From: Longimicrobiales bacterium
Lineage (GTDB): Bacteria; Gemmatimonadota; Gemmatimonadetes; Longimicrobiales; Gaopeijiaceae
Assembly: GCA_965238005.1 (NCBI GenBank)
Contig: OZ250165.1
Coordinates: 3,744,001-3,808,000 of the forward strand
Direction: 5' to 3'
DNA: 64,000 nt
Shown here: piece by piece, positions 60,809-64,000 of the stretch
Layout: every line of letters begins with the position of its first letter
Numbering within the stretch: position 1 is the first letter of the stretch
Notes under the pieces: generated by a model
Told to the model about the DNA's origin: nothing
Databases searched by the model: none
Seen by the model: the letters and a program-made list of their open reading frames with translations, nothing else
Program-made: the position numbers and the translations under genes

Positions 60809-62371
60809 TCAGGATCGCTTCTTCCGGCGTCCCCTCTTCCGCCCGTCTCTCGCCGTTCCCCATCGGGCCAGGAACGCCGTGATGAACTCGTGCTGGTCAG
60901 GCGGCTCCACCGCCAAGGGGGCGAGCGCCATGGCCGTCGACAGGGCGACGTGATACTCGACGGCCCGAGAGCCCACCAGTCTCTGGTATGCCGGATGAGC
61001 CTCGTTGACCCGCACCGTGGATTCGACCAGCCGAGCCAGCTCGGGGTCGTCCGGGCGTGCCTCGAACTCGATGCTCAACAGGTATCGGGTCGGCCGGCGC
61101 GGACCCTTACTCGCGAGGGGTTGAAAGGCCGTCGGCGGAGGCTCGGGCGGGCGCTGCGCGGAAGCACCGTCGGCGGCGGGCTGAGGAGGCTCGTCGGTAG
61201 ACGCCGGCTCCTTCCCCTCCGCCTCGGGCGTCGTCGGCTCGAGCATGACTCCGGTCACGGACGGACGCCCGATCGGTAGGCTGCGCTGACCGCCAGCGCG
61301 GCGCTCGACGAGGGTCGATACGAGCGGGAAGCTTTCGGCCAAATCCATCAGCACCGTCTCCAGGTCGCGTTCCATGGGACGAGCCGCGCGGCGTCGCTTG
61401 TCCTCTCGCCGGTCGCCCAGATTCCCCCACTCGGAGAGACGGATCGAGACCGCCTCCTGGATCGCCTTGCGATAGGCCAGGTAAGTGGCGCCTCGCTGGC
61501 CGGTGCGGATGAAGTCTGCCTTGTTGAGGGTCAGGCACGCGGCCAGGGCCGGGGCCTCGATTACGCCGCCGATGGACTCGGCAGCGCTCGGAGCCACCCC
61601 GAGCCAGTCCCAGCCGCGCTTGATGACCTTGCCGAGGGCGCTGATCGCGATCCCCCGCTGTTCCTCCGGCAGGGGTGCGTCCGCACGTAGCAGGTATCCG
61701 ACCGCCGAGGGCTTGCGCTTCCGGGGCAAGCGGACCGCCACGGGTACCCTCTCCCGTCCTTGCCACTTACCTCGGGGGAGGGTCTGTCCGTTCACGACGA
61801 AGCGAACGCCGCCCTTGTAGTGCCGTGAGAGAAGCTCGTCGAAATCGGGATCGAACAGCGGGTAGAAGTGCTGATAGAGGACGGTCTCGATGTAGCTGGC
61901 ATCGACCAGCACGGAGAACGCGTCCTGAACCGCGAGCCGGACCGCTGTGCCTCGCTCTCCAACCAGTCCGGGCGGAGGCCTCACCCACTTCCACGGGGCT
62001 CGCCGCCGGGACGTGAGGTGCCAGGTGGTGGCCACGTGCTGCTTGCCCCGGCGCGTCTCGGTAAGGACCTCGTCGCACACCAGCAGCCCGAGCTTGATCC
62101 CTACGCCAGCGAACCCGATCCCGCGCCCACGCGTCTTGGTCGTGGTGGCGAGGTCGTGGTAGCCGGAGAGCTCTCGGCGCTGCATTCCCGAGCCGTCGTC
62201 CACCACCGTGAGCGTGGAGCTCTCGGGGTCCGTCGCCAGCGCGATCGTTCCCGCGCCCGAGTCGAGGGAGTTGGCCACGATCTCCGTCAGGATCGTTTCC
62301 TCGATGGCCCCGGGGTAAGCGTCCCTCAGGTCCTCGAGGAGATGAAGGAGGTCGACGCGCGTTTCACCCAC
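60809..62371 (-). CDS. GHKL (HSP90/MutL/MORC-like) ATPase
   Basis: EIVANSLD, VVDDGSGM, GIGFAGVGIK; Pro-rich linker and small C-terminal domain. Confidence 0.8.
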   Translation of the reverse strand: MGETRVDLLHLLEDLRDAYPGAIEETILTEIVANSLDSGAGTIALATDPESSTLTVVDDGSGMQRRELSGYHDLATTTKTRGRGIGFAGVGIKLGLLVCDEVLTETRRGKQHVATTWHLTSRRRAPWKWVRPPPGLVGERGTAVRLAVQDAFSVLVDASYIETVLYQHFYPLFDPDFDELLSRHYKGGVRFVVNGQTLPRGKWQGRERVPVAVRLPRKRKPSAVGYLLRADAPLPEEQRGIAISALGKVIKRGWDWLGVAPSAAESIGGVIEAPALAACLTLNKADFIRTGQRGATYLAYRKAIQEAVSIRLSEWGNLGDRREDKRRRAARPMERDLETVLMDLAESFPLVSTLVERRAGGQRSLPIGRPSVTGVMLEPTTPEAEGKEPASTDEPPQPAADGASAQRPPEPPPTAFQPLASKGPRRPTRYLLSIEFEARPDDPELARLVESTVRVNEAHPAYQRLVGSRAVEYHVALSTAMALAPLAVEPPDQHEFITAFLARWGTARDGRKRGRRKKRS

Positions 62372-62710
62372 AGCCCACTCCGCAAGGGGAGGGTCCCGTC
62401 ACCTCTGTGGAGGAGTCGTGGGGAGCCCCTCGGATGGTGTCCCAACCTGCGTTCCAGAAGGACTGTAGTCGCGGGGGCCAGCCAGTCAAGACGTGGCTGG
62501 GGTGAACCCGGCCTCCACTCCCAACTTCAGACGGACCGCGAGTGTGGGCACGCGGTGATCCTGGTTCGCAACGGTTGGGGGGACATGCTACAGTCCGGGT
62601 GATGGGTGTGATGGGCCGGAGACCGCTGGGACAGCGGCTGTCGGCAGTCCGCCGGAGGGACCGAAAGGTGGGGTGAACGAACGCTGAGTGAGCTTGCAAA
62701 GGAGGAGATC

Positions 62711-63727
62711 ATGAATCGCAGGAGTGTGCGGCGGGTTGCGCGCGTCGTCCGGATCGGGACGGTCGGCATGGTTCTCGGGACAGTGGGCGCCGTGATCGGG
62801 TTTCACGCCGCGCCCGCGGCGGGAGCCACACAGGAGAACCTCCCACCCTACCAGTGGTCCGACGAGTACATCCGCGACGTCGTCGACAACGTTCGCGCGG
62901 GCCGCTCCCTGCAGCCCCTGACTTGGCCCGGCAGTGCGCGCGTCGCGGTCCTGCTCTCCTTCGACGTCGACAACGAGAGCGTGACGCTCAGGAACGGAGA
63001 AGCGCCCGTCGGCCCGCTCTCCCAGGGCGAGTACGGCGCTCGGGTCGCGCTGCAACGCGTTCTGGACTCACTCGACGAGCACGACATCCCGGCCTCGTTC
63101 TTCATTCCCTCGGTGAGCCTCATGCTCAACCCGCAGATGGCGGATGCCATCGGGGCGTCGGGGCGGCACGAGTTCGCCATCCACGGATGGATTCACGAGC
63201 GCAACAACCAGATCTCCGGATCCGAGGAGCGACGGCTCGTCATGCAGGCCATCGACTTCATGGAAGAGGCAACCGGCTCTCGGCCCGTGGGCTACCGGGC
63301 TCCCTCCTGGAACTTCAGCGACAACACGCTGGACATCCTGCGCGAGGTCGGCTTCCTCTACGACAGCTCGCTCATGGCGGACGACCGGCCCTACGAGTTG
63401 ATGGCGAACGGAGAGGCCACAGGCATGGTCGAGCTTCCCGTCGACTGGATCCTGGACGACGCGCCACTCTTCAACCCTCTGGGCGCTCGCTACAGTCCGC
63501 CGCGGGACGTGCTCCAGGTCTTTAAGGACGAATTCGACGTGGCCTACGAAGAGGGGACCATGTTCCTGCTGACCATGCACCCGCACATCACGGGGCACCG
63601 GTCACGAATCCTGGTCCTGAAGGAGCTGATCGATCACATCAGGCGGAAGGGCGACGTCTGGTTCGCCACGCACCGGCAGGCGGCGGAGTACGTGAAGCGC
63701 ATGGCCGACGAGGGGGGGTTGCGGTAG
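62711..63727 (+). CDS. polysaccharide deacetylase (PuuE/H. pylori PgdA-like) with signal peptide
   Basis: SFDVD, GEYG, HGWIHE, GYRAP, YDSS, LTMHP. Confidence 0.88.
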   Translation: MNRRSVRRVARVVRIGTVGMVLGTVGAVIGFHAAPAAGATQENLPPYQWSDEYIRDVVDNVRAGRSLQPLTWPGSARVAVLLSFDVDNESVTLRNGEAPVGPLSQGEYGARVALQRVLDSLDEHDIPASFFIPSVSLMLNPQMADAIGASGRHEFAIHGWIHERNNQISGSEERRLVMQAIDFMEEATGSRPVGYRAPSWNFSDNTLDILREVGFLYDSSLMADDRPYELMANGEATGMVELPVDWILDDAPLFNPLGARYSPPRDVLQVFKDEFDVAYEEGTMFLLTMHPHITGHRSRILVLKELIDHIRRKGDVWFATHRQAAEYVKRMADEGGLR

Positions 63728-64000
63728 CGCATACTGGCTTTCCGAGAGCGTGCCGGGGTTGAAGCACCGCCATGTGCAACCCCGGCGCCTCCTCCTGCAA
63801 CACGCGCGTTGCCCCAACAAGCTCCTTTGCTCACCTAAGTCTCACCAGGACAGGCGCTTACGCAGGTCGCACGTTCAGGCACGCCCCCTGCACCCATGAA
63901 ACGCGCCAAGAGCCGGTACGGCAGTCGACGCCGATCCGCTCGGCGGGGAGGCCTTCGCACCTTCGGAGGCCACCGGCACACGAACACGGGGCAATGGGGA

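Noticed and set aside
62372..64000. tRNA or riboswitch in the intergenic parts, and the hairpin near 63752-63787
   Set aside because: No cloverleaf or known aptamer consensus recognised; an isolated GC hairpin is expected at this composition

Overview
GC-rich bacterial chromosomal window. The lineage is plausibly Gemmatimonadota, inferred from gene content and not verified. The left end is housekeeping (fmt-def-yajC-tgt). Next comes an OmpA/TSP3-repeat gene split by a complete 2.3-kb IS1595-family element (39-bp imperfect TIRs, 8-bp TSD TCTACGCG). The right half of that element carries two small ORFs and three promoter-associated, highly structured putative ncRNAs; this is my best candidate for an undescribed system. 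An intact form I aerobic CO dehydrogenase cluster follows (coxD-E-G-M-S-L-F/YHS, AYRCSFR motif). From about 16 to 61 kb lies a long accessory region rich in redox, flavin and stress genes: a TetR operon with a visible operator, a sigma54 module with a visible enhancer, OYE, OsmC, PoxB, two MOSC proteins, cytochrome P460, dodecin, an ECF pair, an RclA-like reductase, FadE, malic enzyme, and an OgdA-like ThDP enzyme with an ALDH. This region is heavily scarred by deletions, nonsense mutations and IS5/IS110/HipA remnants. At 50.6-50.95 kb a 360-bp collage joins short diverged pieces of five different genes found elsewhere in the window. Several frameshifts fall in G/C homopolymers and may be sequencing errors. 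All calls are from manual motif recognition; no searches or folding programs were run.
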